The notes under the pieces are model-generated. The model worked only from the letters and a program-made list of their open reading frames with translations. It did not search any database and was not told the DNA's origin. Below are positions 26,698-36,835 of a stretch of DNA of 64,000 bases, in pieces. The translations under genes were made by a program, and so were the position numbers. This stretch comes from an uncultured Pseudomonadales bacterium (lineage in GTDB: Bacteria > Patescibacteriota > Microgenomatia > UBA1400 > UBA1449), in assembly GCA_964386355.1 (NCBI GenBank), contig CAYLQQ010000001.1, forward strand, positions 76,256 to 140,255. Reading direction: 5' to 3'. The first letter of the stretch is position 1. Each line of letters starts with the position of its first letter.

Positions 26698-26770
26698 GGG
26701 CCCGTAGCTCACTTGGTAGAGCGCTTGTATGGCATACAAGAGGTAAGGAGTTCGATCCTCCTCGGGTCCA
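26698..26770 (+). tRNA. tRNA-Ala (anticodon GGC) with G3:U70
   Basis: Acceptor GGGCCCG/CGGGTCC giving G3-U70; anticodon loop ATGGCAT; T arm AGGAGTTCGATCCTCCT. Confidence 0.85.
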
Positions 26771-26851
26771 CAAATGACACCATTTTAAAGAATGGTCTCC
26801 AATTTCACATTAAGCTATTTTTGAGTTTAAATTATTGATACTATATATTTA

Positions 26852-27907
26852 ATGAATAGTTCTGATGTGATAATACCACCCTTTAATGAAGATAGCTCTG
26901 AATCTTCAAATGCCCAAACTGATGTTTATGTAACGGCTGATGGTACGATGTATCCCCTAAAACAATCATTTTTAACCAAACATAAAATTGCAATCATGGG
27001 AAGCTTACTTGTTCTGGTTACGACCAGCACTGGCACGCTAGCTTATAAAGGCGTTATATTCTCACCTAAGATTACCAAGGATGCAACCGTATATTCTCCT
27101 AACCCAGCTATAAATAATGATAATCCTTCGGCAACAATTTCAACCACTCCAATTGCCTTTATACAACCCTCGCTGAAAACAGATGAGGCTAACCCAAAAC
27201 CCACAAAAACTACTGTATTTACTAACTCCAATCCTAAACCAACTCTTGCTCCAACACCTCAACCACGGATACCTAATCCTCCTCAAGTTAGTATTTATCA
27301 TCCCTACATAGGTGAGCAGTTTAACTTGACTGGAGACAGATACTTTACGATTAATGATCAGTTCTCGGGTAATAGTTCAGGGGGAATAAAACGTAAATAC
27401 AGACTAAATGACGGTAATTGGTCCGATTATTCAGAAGCTAATGAACTATCTCGTATTTTCCCATCAGAAGGCAATAATATCCTGCAGGTGAGATACAAGA
27501 ATCGTGACGGCGACGAGTCGCAAATCTATACAATATCTTTTAGTGCACATTTTATACAGGTTTTAGATATAACAATAAATGGTGAAATATATGAAGATAA
27601 GAACTGCAATAATATAAAGGACTATAATGAGGGCAATACAACAGTACCTGCAACAGTTAACCTTATTCAACTTCCAGAATATTCACTAATGAAAACCGTA
27701 TCTTCAGATACAAACGGACGGTACACAACAACCTTTCAGATGCTTGAATCAGAAACAAAGACTATTACAGCTAGCATAGTTGCTCCCGACGGTTATAAGA
27801 TTGTGCATACATCCGAACAACAAGTGTTGTTCAGCAAAGACTCACAGAGTTTCACATTTATTTCAAATATTACCTCCATACCTGATCTAAATCAATGTCA
27901 GCTCTAG
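26852..27907 (+). CDS. Secreted/membrane-anchored hypothetical protein with Pro/Thr-rich linker
   Basis: TM IAIMGSLLVLVTTSTGTLAY after a ~45-aa N-terminal segment; PT-rich segment; 351 aa. Confidence 0.55.
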   Translation: MNSSDVIIPPFNEDSSESSNAQTDVYVTADGTMYPLKQSFLTKHKIAIMGSLLVLVTTSTGTLAYKGVIFSPKITKDATVYSPNPAINNDNPSATISTTPIAFIQPSLKTDEANPKPTKTTVFTNSNPKPTLAPTPQPRIPNPPQVSIYHPYIGEQFNLTGDRYFTINDQFSGNSSGGIKRKYRLNDGNWSDYSEANELSRIFPSEGNNILQVRYKNRDGDESQIYTISFSAHFIQVLDITINGEIYEDKNCNNIKDYNEGNTTVPATVNLIQLPEYSLMKTVSSDTNGRYTTTFQMLESETKTITASIVAPDGYKIVHTSEQQVLFSKDSQSFTFISNITSIPDLNQCQL

Positions 27908-28002
27908 TGGTTTAAAATTTCAACAAGCATATCTCTATATATAGAGTGGATATAAAGGGTGCTTTAGAATCCCCTATTGTAATGTTAAAATATCTAACTG
28001 AT

Positions 28003-28074
28003 AGGGCTATGATGTCAACGGTAGCATGGGGGTCTCCAAAACCTCTCGTCCAGGTTCGAATCCTGGTAGCCCTG
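28003..28074 (+). tRNA. tRNA-Trp (anticodon CCA)
   Basis: Starts with A1 as in bacterial tRNA-Trp: AGGGCTA/TAGCCCT acceptor; anticodon loop CTCCAAA; T arm CCAGGTTCGAATCCTGG; discriminator G. Confidence 0.8.
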
Positions 28075-28167
28075 CAACAATTGTTATATATTCTCCTTTA
28101 ATATATTTTTAATTATCAGTAATGGCATAGAACGTGATTATTTTAATCTAAAACCCAACTCTATTAC

Positions 28168-28605
28168 TTACCATATCCGCGCAAGTTCTTTTAGAAACAA
28201 CATTGAAAATACCACCAACACATAAAACAGGTACGCTCCACTTGAATAACCCAAGTAATGGATAAACAGTATTGCTTCTTTTGACCGGAAATAACCCATG
28301 TCGCTTTTAAAGAACTTAAATAGCATAAATTTTGTAAGTTCGTATCCAAAACCCAAACAAAAAATACTTATAAGACTCGTTTCAAACGGTTCAAAGTTTT
28401 CAGCAATTGCTTTGTTGGCAAATATGGTACCTCTGTATAGTTGAAAAGATAAATATAAAAATATACTTAGAGCAGTAGCAAAGACTATTTTATCAATCTT
28501 TTCTTTGCCCACATATAACTTGAGCATACGGTACACATCAAAACTAGTTCTTAAAAAAATGAACGCAATCGGTAACAGATTAAAAATTGTATGTTCCATA
28601 TCCAA
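28168..28605 (-). CDS. Hypothetical 4-TM membrane protein
   Basis: 145-aa ORF with four hydrophobic helices. Confidence 0.45.
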   Translation of the reverse strand: MDMEHTIFNLLPIAFIFLRTSFDVYRMLKLYVGKEKIDKIVFATALSIFLYLSFQLYRGTIFANKAIAENFEPFETSLISIFCLGFGYELTKFMLFKFFKSDMGYFRSKEAILFIHYLGYSSGAYLFYVLVVFSMLFLKELARIW

Positions 28606-28936
28606 ATCTCTATTAATATATTATATAAAGCACTGAATGAACCTCAAGTATTAAGTATTTAAAACGTATTCCATTCATAGTATTTATATTTAAATAACTA
28701 TTCAGACCATTCTCATGATAATAGATCAACGGTATGCAGCGTTAATTATATTTATATACTAGTATAGAGTTTGTAATTTATATTGTCTGGCAGCTTTTCT
28801 CTGTTGTAAATATATACATTCTCACATCTTTAACTATTCCTTCCTCTTCAAGCTTGAAAATAAAGCATATAGAACTATACTACTCCATTAGTGTGATTAT
28901 TCTGCATACATCTCATCATTACCATAATTCATTACA

Positions 28937-29446
28937 TTGCCTGAAAAAGTACTAATTATGGAACCAATCATTTTAAGCAAAGTAACCATACGAATAGCTA
29001 CTGCCAAAGACTGTGAAGAGCTTATTAATTTATTTGACGAGATCACGACATCAATACAAAACGTCGGAGGAAAATGGGAGAATTACACAAACAACTCTAC
29101 ATTTCTTCAAAAGAAAAAAGTACTCAATGATATTCTTCTAAGTGACAGTAAGGTATTTATTGCCGAATATTTGGGCAAGATTATCGGAGCTATAAATTTG
29201 CAAATTATTAATAACATTAGGCATGGATGGAAAAGAGCCCACCTGGAGGAAGTGATTATTGAAAATAATTATAGAGGAAAAGGTGTGGGTAGTATGCTTA
29301 TGCTGCACATAAAAGACTACTGCCAAATGAATAACATAAAATCAATAAAGTTGATGTGTGGTAAACAGCTTGTAAATTCCCAAGAATTTTACGAAAAAAA
29401 TGGATTTATATTTACAGATAAGGGATATCGTTTTGAACTTACATAA
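28937..29446 (+). CDS. GNAT family N-acetyltransferase
   Basis: Motif A NYRGKGVGSMLMLHI (R-x-x-G-x-G); ~165 aa. Confidence 0.75.
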   Translation: MPEKVLIMEPIILSKVTIRIATAKDCEELINLFDEITTSIQNVGGKWENYTNNSTFLQKKKVLNDILLSDSKVFIAEYLGKIIGAINLQIINNIRHGWKRAHLEEVIIENNYRGKGVGSMLMLHIKDYCQMNNIKSIKLMCGKQLVNSQEFYEKNGFIFTDKGYRFELT

Positions 29447-29496
29447 CTCTTCGTTTTATATACAAATCTATGCAAAAGCTTAGATTTCCCAATACA

Positions 29497-30351
29497 TTAG
29501 ACTAGAAAATACACTCCGACTAATGCCAAACATCCTGCAACTAGTTTTCTGATTAGGTTATCTCTCTCCTTAAGAACAAATATTCCAGCAATAATTATAA
29601 ACAATGTTGATGTTTGCATCAGTGGCATCGCTTGGGTAACTTCTGTAAGCGTAAAGGCTTTAAGTGAAAAAAGGTAGCCTAGCACATTTAGGGCTGCTAT
29701 GAGTACTATTTTCCATGATCCTATCCTTATAGCTTGCTGTAAGTCAGAGATTTTAACTGAAGGGAATATTATTACCACAAGAGGCAGCACCCAAACAAAA
29801 ATACTGTATGTTTCGGGAGAAAAATAGAGCGCTCCCCGTTTATCCAGTACTTGAGCCAAGCCAAGTGCTGTACTAATGAGGATACCGATTGCCAGTCCCT
29901 TGACCGAAATCTTGTTTGTTCCCCTTTTTACATAAGAAACAATACATAAGGCTGACATGATAAAAAATACTCCTAGGATTTTTTGCATGGTTACGGTTTC
30001 AGAATACAAAACCAAAGAACCGAGTAAAGCAATAACCAGACTAATGTTAAAGACAGTTGTGAGCACTGAAGCCTCCAGTAGTTTGGCTGCATAAAACCTT
30101 CCCCTTTCAAACAGGCCATAGCACACAACTGCCATCCCCATTGAAATCCAGGCAACATAATTGGTGGGAAATATTAGATTTGAAGTTTTCCCGCTCAGAA
30201 CAAATATGGTCAATGCAATCAGGGCAGCAGTAGCATTAAAAACCACGGCAGTAGCTCTTGGATTTGTACTCTCTACTGCCAACACACGCTGCAGCAAGCC
30301 AAGCATGGTAAAACAGAAAACGGAAAGTAATGCAAATAAAATCCAATCCAT
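29497..30351 (-). CDS. EamA/DMT family transporter
   Basis: 10 TM helices in two 5-TM halves; 284 aa. Confidence 0.7.
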   Translation of the reverse strand: MDWILFALLSVFCFTMLGLLQRVLAVESTNPRATAVVFNATAALIALTIFVLSGKTSNLIFPTNYVAWISMGMAVVCYGLFERGRFYAAKLLEASVLTTVFNISLVIALLGSLVLYSETVTMQKILGVFFIMSALCIVSYVKRGTNKISVKGLAIGILISTALGLAQVLDKRGALYFSPETYSIFVWVLPLVVIIFPSVKISDLQQAIRIGSWKIVLIAALNVLGYLFSLKAFTLTEVTQAMPLMQTSTLFIIIAGIFVLKERDNLIRKLVAGCLALVGVYFLV

Positions 30352-30630
30352 TATAAAAGTATAGCAATATTGAGAACCAAAGTAGTGTTGTCATACAGAT
30401 AAAGAAACTTTAGCCAAAGGTGAGGCCTGTTTCATATTTTCTCCCAATCCCCAAAAAAAACCTAGCAACCAAATCTTTAATTTTTTAAAGGACTAATTAT
30501 TAAATAAATATCTGTACTACTAAATTTATAGTACTACACAATGAAATAACAGGGCTTTTCCCAAAGTTTTCCTTATAATCTCTTACCATTTACCTGGCGT
30601 TTTCTTGAATAGGTACTCTACAAATATCTT

Positions 30631-31164
30631 ATGAAATCAAATAGTGGTGCAGTATTGCCATGGCTCATTATCATTGGTGCAATTGTGATCATACTTATCG
30701 GTTTCTGGGGGTGGCGGGGGGTTGTTGGCTCAACGCAAGTAGCTCCCTCAACGACTGTAGCTCCCCAGCTGCAAGGCCAAAGCCCTTCTGCTGTCCTATC
30801 AATAGCTGCCGTAACCCAAGACTTTAATATTTTCCTGGATAAAACAGTATCGCTACGAGGATCCCTATCTGAATGGGTGACTGACAGGTCATTTACCATA
30901 TCAGATGTGCAAAGTGGCTGGCTACCCAGCACTAGTCAAGGAATTCTTGTTTTATCATCGAATCAGTTCGATGTACCCCTGCAAACTCCAGATGATCAGA
31001 TCGCCTTAGGTGAAAAACCCCAAGTATTTGTCAGGGGACCTATACAGATATTTAATGCAGATGAGTTTGCCAACCAGTTTAATTTACGCCTAGAAGATAG
31101 AAATGAGTTAGAGGCATACGATGGCCGAGCAGTAATAGTAGCCGAACAGCTCCAAAAAGAATAA
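30631..31164 (+). CDS. Membrane-anchored hypothetical protein
   Basis: N-terminal TM LPWLIIIGAIVIILIGFWGW; 177 aa. Confidence 0.5.
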   Translation: MKSNSGAVLPWLIIIGAIVIILIGFWGWRGVVGSTQVAPSTTVAPQLQGQSPSAVLSIAAVTQDFNIFLDKTVSLRGSLSEWVTDRSFTISDVQSGWLPSTSQGILVLSSNQFDVPLQTPDDQIALGEKPQVFVRGPIQIFNADEFANQFNLRLEDRNELEAYDGRAVIVAEQLQKE

Positions 31165-31395
31165 TTCAGCTCCTTACCCATAAAAATTCATACTATATTA
31201 ATCCAGGTATAATACTATTACATGGTAAGTCCCGCAGCGGAAGAGTTGTTCTTTAAATAGTAGTATCCGCTGCGAAGGTCGGAATGGAATCGGTTGTCAG
31301 CCACCCATGAAAAAGTCCGCTATCCGGTAATCCGACTGCTTACTCTTAAAGATATGCGAGAAGTAAATATATTCCATTACTAATTAATAAGTTAT

Positions 31396-32175
31396 ATGCC
31401 TCAACTTATCAAATTAATTTCTCTTAATCTTTGGGAAGGTGGTATTTTATTTCCAAAAATTGTTGACTATCTTATTCACGAACAAGCTGATTTGTTGCTT
31501 CTCCAAGAAGTATATGACGGAGCCGATTCATCTTTGGATATCCGTTTTAGAGCCAAGTCTGCTCTTGGGCAACATTTGGGGTATAAATATATGCATTTTG
31601 CCCCAACCTTTATGGAGTCTGTAGGAGAAACTGAAATATTGCAGGGAAATCTCATTCTCAGCCAGTTCCCTCTCACGGAAATGTCTATCCGATTTTATGA
31701 TGTCCCGTTTGGAAAGCGAATAGATCATCCTGACAACTACCATCAATCGCCTCGAAATCTGCAACATGTAATTGCTTTGGTAGGAAAAACGAATCTGCAC
31801 CTGCTTAATACCCAGGGGATCTGGGGTACTGACGGAGAAGATTCAGATCGGCGGATTGAGATGAGCCAGATAATATTAGATGAAATCGGCAACCATCATC
31901 CCCTTGTATTAGCTGGAGATTTCAATGTCCGCCCTCATACCAAAACTATGAGTCAAATAAGAGAAAAATTGACTGATGTGTTTTATAAAGAAATTCCGAC
32001 AACATTTAATCTAAAACGAAAGGATCTGAAAAAATTTCCTGAATTTGCCGATGCGATTGTGGATATGATGTTTGTCAGCCATGATATTGAGATATATGAA
32101 AAGTCTATTCCACAGGTTGATATCTCTGATCATTTACCATTGGTGTCTGGGATTAAAATAAACACAAAAGAGTGA
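31396..32175 (+). CDS. Endonuclease/exonuclease/phosphatase (EEP) family protein
   Basis: LLLLQEV, AGDFNVRPHT, ISDHLPL catalytic motifs. Confidence 0.75.
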   Translation: MPQLIKLISLNLWEGGILFPKIVDYLIHEQADLLLLQEVYDGADSSLDIRFRAKSALGQHLGYKYMHFAPTFMESVGETEILQGNLILSQFPLTEMSIRFYDVPFGKRIDHPDNYHQSPRNLQHVIALVGKTNLHLLNTQGIWGTDGEDSDRRIEMSQIILDEIGNHHPLVLAGDFNVRPHTKTMSQIREKLTDVFYKEIPTTFNLKRKDLKKFPEFADAIVDMMFVSHDIEIYEKSIPQVDISDHLPLVSGIKINTKE

Positions 32176-32207
32176 TTACTATTCGCCACAAAATACTTTA
32201 GGATTTT

Positions 32208-34157
32208 TTACCGAGCAATATGTATCGTAATTTCCTTCTCCCCTATCACATTTCCATTCTTATCCTTGGCTACAAACTTGATTTTGTATGGACCAGTACC
32301 GTTCCATGTCCATGGTCCCACATCAACCCAAGACTCTTTGTGAGGATAGTCCTGCTGAGAATCTCCCATTTCATTCAAATTTCCTCCATCGACCTGCCAG
32401 TACATCTTGTAGTCACCTAAGCTCAAAGCATATATAACGGCTTTAAACGGTTGAGTACCCGAAACACTTACCCCATCGCCCGGCCACCAGACATCTATTG
32501 TTTGATTGGTTGAAGGAGGATTGGAAGGATTCCCCGTTGGGGAAGGAGTTGGAGTCGGGCTTACCGTTGGACTCACCGTTGGAGAGGGTGTGGGAGTTAC
32601 AGTAGGTAAAGGCGTGGTTGTTGGTGTCGGGCTTGGAGTCACTGTTGGTTGCGCCGTAGGCGTAGGTGAAGGACTAACTGTCGGTGTGGGAGTTGGTGCA
32701 ACTACATTCTGCACAGTGAAGGTGAAATCCTGATTCCAGACCAAATTGCTTGACCAGTTCGATGTAAATATACCCACCGCAAACATATAGTTTCCGGTTT
32801 GGGTTGGAGTATACATCTGACTGTACTGCTTGGTTTGGTTAGCTGAGAAGTTCTCGTTCTCATAATAGTGCTGAAACACTTTTTGCCCGTCTTTATAGAC
32901 CTCAAGGTCAATAATGTAGCCATTTTGCTGACCTATTGTGTTATTTTTGACAGATGCTTGTAAAGTAATAGTCTTGTTGACCGCAACAGGATCAGGTGTA
33001 ACTGATGGAGTCACTGTGAAACTGGCTGGCACTACAGGCACTGACGTGGGTGTCGGTGATGGGCTTGGAGTGGGGGTTGGACTACCAGATGGTGTTGGGG
33101 TCGGTGAGGGATTGCCATTAAAATATGATGCCAGTACTCCCTCTGCGATCTTGTTCTGGGGTGTATAGCCTGTATCACCTGCTCCACCAGCATTAGGATT
33201 GACACTCCAGTCCCAAATGTGTAAACCTCCAAAATATCCTTTGTCCTGCCAGTATGAGAGTAAGGCCTCATATGCCATAGCCTGGTCTTCCTGACTGACT
33301 GCCCCGCCAGAACCATAGTCCCAGGGACGATTGTATGAATTATCTACACTTCTGTAGCCTATCTCAGTAAATACCAACGGTTTGTTGTACTGAGCTTGCC
33401 ACCAGGATAGGTACGTCGTATTTATGTAGTCCCACTTGTCTTTGAGTTCGGCAACGGTATTCCCCTGCAAATTGTAATATCCAGATACTCCTAATATGTC
33501 CAGATCATTCCAAAACTGAATATTCTCCATCTCAGCTTCCCATCCCCCACCCTCATTCCGCTGAGCCGAATATGTTAATTTTCCACTATATACTTGCCGT
33601 ACTCCCCCAATGATATTTTGCCAGTTTGTCGTATTGGTCGGGTTCCAAGTGCCTGAAGCCATTTTGATCAACTCTGCACCCAATGTCATTTCCTCGGCAT
33701 TGCCAGCAGCAGCCACTACCGCAAAACGCTGGACATGGGAATTGTAATTATTAAACCAGGTCATTCTGTCAGAAGGATCAATATGGGCCCGCCACTCTCC
33801 GGTATAAGACTCAACATGCATCTTGACGTTAACTCCCATTCCCTGCGAGTGAGCGTAAGCAATACCGTCAGCCAAACTCTGCTCTGTCGGCGTATTCCAG
33901 CCTGAATGTACATCAGTAGAATAAAGATTTGACTGATATACAGGTACAATAAGAGTTACGTAGTTAACTCCAATGGCTTTGGCGTCCTGTATTGACTGCT
34001 TAAAAGAGTTGGAAGAAAAATCAGTGGTTGAGTTGGGGACAACTGATATTGACTTGGTCCAGGTAGATATCTCTGCTCGTGCCCCCGATATTGGGATGAG
34101 AGCAAAGATAAACAGAATTATAAAAAGGGTAAAAGAGATGTGCAATGTGTGTTTCAT
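32208..34157 (-). CDS. Secreted clan GH-A glycoside hydrolase (GH5/GH26/GH113-like, possibly mannanase) with Pro/Thr linkers and C-terminal beta-sandwich domains
   Basis: Signal peptide MKHTLHISFTLFIILFIFALIPISGARA; catalytic-like QRNEGG (acid/base) and VFTEIGY (nucleophile); PSPTPTPSGSPTPTPSPSPTPTS linkers. Start placed at MKHTL (34157). Confidence 0.65.
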   Translation of the reverse strand: MKHTLHISFTLFIILFIFALIPISGARAEISTWTKSISVVPNSTTDFSSNSFKQSIQDAKAIGVNYVTLIVPVYQSNLYSTDVHSGWNTPTEQSLADGIAYAHSQGMGVNVKMHVESYTGEWRAHIDPSDRMTWFNNYNSHVQRFAVVAAAGNAEEMTLGAELIKMASGTWNPTNTTNWQNIIGGVRQVYSGKLTYSAQRNEGGGWEAEMENIQFWNDLDILGVSGYYNLQGNTVAELKDKWDYINTTYLSWWQAQYNKPLVFTEIGYRSVDNSYNRPWDYGSGGAVSQEDQAMAYEALLSYWQDKGYFGGLHIWDWSVNPNAGGAGDTGYTPQNKIAEGVLASYFNGNPSPTPTPSGSPTPTPSPSPTPTSVPVVPASFTVTPSVTPDPVAVNKTITLQASVKNNTIGQQNGYIIDLEVYKDGQKVFQHYYENENFSANQTKQYSQMYTPTQTGNYMFAVGIFTSNWSSNLVWNQDFTFTVQNVVAPTPTPTVSPSPTPTAQPTVTPSPTPTTTPLPTVTPTPSPTVSPTVSPTPTPSPTGNPSNPPSTNQTIDVWWPGDGVSVSGTQPFKAVIYALSLGDYKMYWQVDGGNLNEMGDSQQDYPHKESWVDVGPWTWNGTGPYKIKFVAKDKNGNVIGEKEITIHIAR

Positions 34158-34238
34158 AGTAGAACCAGAGTAGAGTTCCAGTACGAAAACCACACACGAG
34201 TTACTTAAGAGAAGAATGATAGATATTGAAGAGTTACA

Positions 34239-35120
34239 TTAAATTTTACTTTTTTGTACTAACTTAGTTAGATCAGATAGTGATGCTGATAGTAACAGTA
34301 GTAAACTGCCGATAACAAACTGGATAGTTACCAGCTCTCCAAATAGTACAATCCCAAACAAAGCCGCAAAGATTACTTCCAAAAGCCCCAAAACGCCACC
34401 AATACTTGGCTCCAGGTATTTAAAGCCGGCAATCACCAAGGCATTGGCAGTAACCAAAGATAGTGAGTATGTTACTTCGGCTGCCCAAGGGATTACTAAA
34501 GAGAAGCTCGGCACAACTTCTCCAAATGCCATGCTTAAGGGAACGTTTACCACCAGCATGGCAAGCATGATAGCGGTCAAAATTTGTGTCTCACTATAGA
34601 TAGACGATAATTTCTTTGAGAAAACTACTGCACCTGCACCCATAAGCCCTGCCAGCATGGTCAAAAATGCCGGAACGATTTGGTTTGCACTCAGCGTAAA
34701 CTGGTAAATCACAAAAAGACCCAATACCGCTAGCCCCAATGCCATATATTTTATTTTGGTGATCGTTTCATTAAAAAACAGTTTTCCTATAACGTACGAG
34801 CCTACAGTCAGCGTGAGATAAAACAAGAGTGTAGCTGTACCAACAGGCAAGTGCTTGAAGCCAAAGAAATACGGAGCCTGATTAAATCCTCCACACAGGG
34901 CAATGATCAGAAACCACTTGAAGTCAGTTTTAGTAATTTTTGTATAGCCTCTAGTAATAAAACCAAACGGCACAAGCAAACCAAGTAGTATCAGCGCCCT
35001 CACCCATGCCTGGTTAAACTCACCAAAACTACCGCTCATTAGTTTCGACCAAATCCCGTAGGTCCCGAAAAATAGAGCGGAAGTAGTTATAAGGATAGAA
35101 CCCCGAAGATTATTGTTCAT
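34239..35120 (-). CDS. EamA/DMT family transporter
   Basis: 10 TM helices. Start placed at MNNNLRGS to avoid overlap with the divergent TrmB gene; the ORF track extends to 35180. Confidence 0.65.
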   Translation of the reverse strand: MNNNLRGSILITTSALFFGTYGIWSKLMSGSFGEFNQAWVRALILLGLLVPFGFITRGYTKITKTDFKWFLIIALCGGFNQAPYFFGFKHLPVGTATLLFYLTLTVGSYVIGKLFFNETITKIKYMALGLAVLGLFVIYQFTLSANQIVPAFLTMLAGLMGAGAVVFSKKLSSIYSETQILTAIMLAMLVVNVPLSMAFGEVVPSFSLVIPWAAEVTYSLSLVTANALVIAGFKYLEPSIGGVLGLLEVIFAALFGIVLFGELVTIQFVIGSLLLLLSASLSDLTKLVQKSKI

Positions 35121-35160
35121 ATATCGAAAGTGTACGCCTACTCTGCTATAATACAAGCTG

Positions 35161-35973
35161 ATGTCCGAACAAACAGACAATATTACTAATCTATTATTAC
35201 CCTATGGTTTGTCCACTGATGAGAGCAGGGTATATTTGTTTCTCTTAACACACTCTAGCAGTACTGCCCTATCTATAAGTAGAGAGCTAAAAGTGGGAAG
35301 AACTAAAGTATACAGGTGCTTAGACAAACTCAAACATGCACAGCTCGTCCAGTTCCAACTAGATAGCCGTGGTTTGCGTTTTCTGGCTACCCATCCCGCC
35401 AAATTGGAACAGCTAGTCATTGATAAAGAGCAAGAAGTATTGTCTCTTAAAAAGTCCCTGCCCTCACTCATTCAACATCTGACTAAAATTTCGAGCCAGT
35501 CATCTAATATAGGTTCCAAGGTACTGTACTATGAGGGAATTGAGGGTCTGCAACAGGTCAGTTGGAACTGCCTCAAGGCTAAAAAGGAAATCAGGGTATT
35601 TGAGAAGGAACATATATCAGACTTTTTACCTTTAGACTTTTCAGAAAGATTCAGAACTGAGCTAGTGCAACGAAAAATTACGACGCTTGATCTGACAAAT
35701 AAACCTAAATTTGATGGTTTCACTGATGTAACTGAGCTTATAGAACAATTTAGCTTGTTCCGCTATATCGATCCTGACAAACTGCGAATCGATTTTGAGG
35801 CGTTAATATACGATGACGTCTATGCCACTTACACCTATCATGGAAGTGAGGTGTTTTGTGTTGAGATCCACAATGCACAGCTAGCACACATGCAGAGGCA
35901 GCTGTTTGATTTTATCTGGAATGAGGCTGTACCGATGAAGTTTACTGATAAACGAGGGGGAGCAAGTATTTAA
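35161..35973 (+). CDS. TrmB-family winged-helix transcriptional regulator
   Basis: N-terminal LGLSTDESRVYLFLL...ISRELKVGRTKVYRCLDKLKHAQLV matches the TrmB HTH pattern; ~270 aa. Confidence 0.65.
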   Translation: MSEQTDNITNLLLPYGLSTDESRVYLFLLTHSSSTALSISRELKVGRTKVYRCLDKLKHAQLVQFQLDSRGLRFLATHPAKLEQLVIDKEQEVLSLKKSLPSLIQHLTKISSQSSNIGSKVLYYEGIEGLQQVSWNCLKAKKEIRVFEKEHISDFLPLDFSERFRTELVQRKITTLDLTNKPKFDGFTDVTELIEQFSLFRYIDPDKLRIDFEALIYDDVYATYTYHGSEVFCVEIHNAQLAHMQRQLFDFIWNEAVPMKFTDKRGGASI

Positions 35974-35977
35974 TGCG

Positions 35978-36763
35978 TTATGCTACCTTTACATCATCAG
36001 GTTTTAGTGCCTGACTCCACACCATCTCAAACAGACTTTTCATGAGATTGACATAGCCCTGGTTAATGATTTCAATACCCGAGACTTCATCTGGTGTAAT
36101 ACTGTAGATATAAAAAGCATCCGGAGATATGACAAGCTCATTCTCGATCGGAAATTTGTCTTTTGAAATGTAGCGCTCCTGATACAGGCTTTCCAAACCC
36201 GTTACTTGTGTCCATTCACCCGTGATGTACTTTTCTTTATTTAAAATTTCTCTCAGATGAATGTTCTGCTCTATATGCCGCTGCCTGATTTTTTCTGCCG
36301 TCTCATGTCCGATAACGCGCCACCATTCATCAATCCCAAACACCAATAACTCGCTATTCGATTGCCTGGCCATTTTCCACTCTATTGCTTCAATACCTTT
36401 AGCTCCCCTATAAAAATGTACACCAGTAGATGAAGGGTCAATCTGTGTTAAAAGCGTTAGTTGAGAGACAAGGTTACTCAAACTTTTGCGCATATCCAGC
36501 GCTTTTTGTTCCTGCCGTGTAACAAGACTTTCAAAAACTGAAGGGTCAGCGGCTTTATAGTAAGTTGTTTTATCATCAACTTTCATCTCCACCAAACCCT
36601 TTATCATCAAGGAGTCGATGACACGATAAAGACTGCTGCGTTTGATCGAGCTTTTCTTAGAAATAGTTAAAACTGTTGACCATGGATACTTTAGCAATAA
36701 CAAGTAAGTTTCCTGTTCATGATGACTAAGAGAAAAGGTTTCAAGAAGTGAAGTAAGGATCAT
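35978..36763 (-). CDS. TrmB-family transcriptional regulator (divergent paralog, convergent with 35161..35973)
   Basis: LSHHEQETYLLLL...ISKKSSIKRSSLYRVIDSLMIKGLV. Confidence 0.6.
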   Translation of the reverse strand: MILTSLLETFSLSHHEQETYLLLLKYPWSTVLTISKKSSIKRSSLYRVIDSLMIKGLVEMKVDDKTTYYKAADPSVFESLVTRQEQKALDMRKSLSNLVSQLTLLTQIDPSSTGVHFYRGAKGIEAIEWKMARQSNSELLVFGIDEWWRVIGHETAEKIRQRHIEQNIHLREILNKEKYITGEWTQVTGLESLYQERYISKDKFPIENELVISPDAFYIYSITPDEVSGIEIINQGYVNLMKSLFEMVWSQALKPDDVKVA

Positions 36764-36835
36764 ATATTATATGTTGTCATTTTTGGACAACTAATTTACA
36801 TATTATATATCTGTATTTATGATTGTGCAATATTC

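Noticed and set aside
32506-33168. GVGVG-repeat ORFs (32506..32733, 32938..33168)
   Set aside because: These are the antisense reading of the Pro/Thr-linker-coding DNA of the glycoside hydrolase. Low-complexity artefact.
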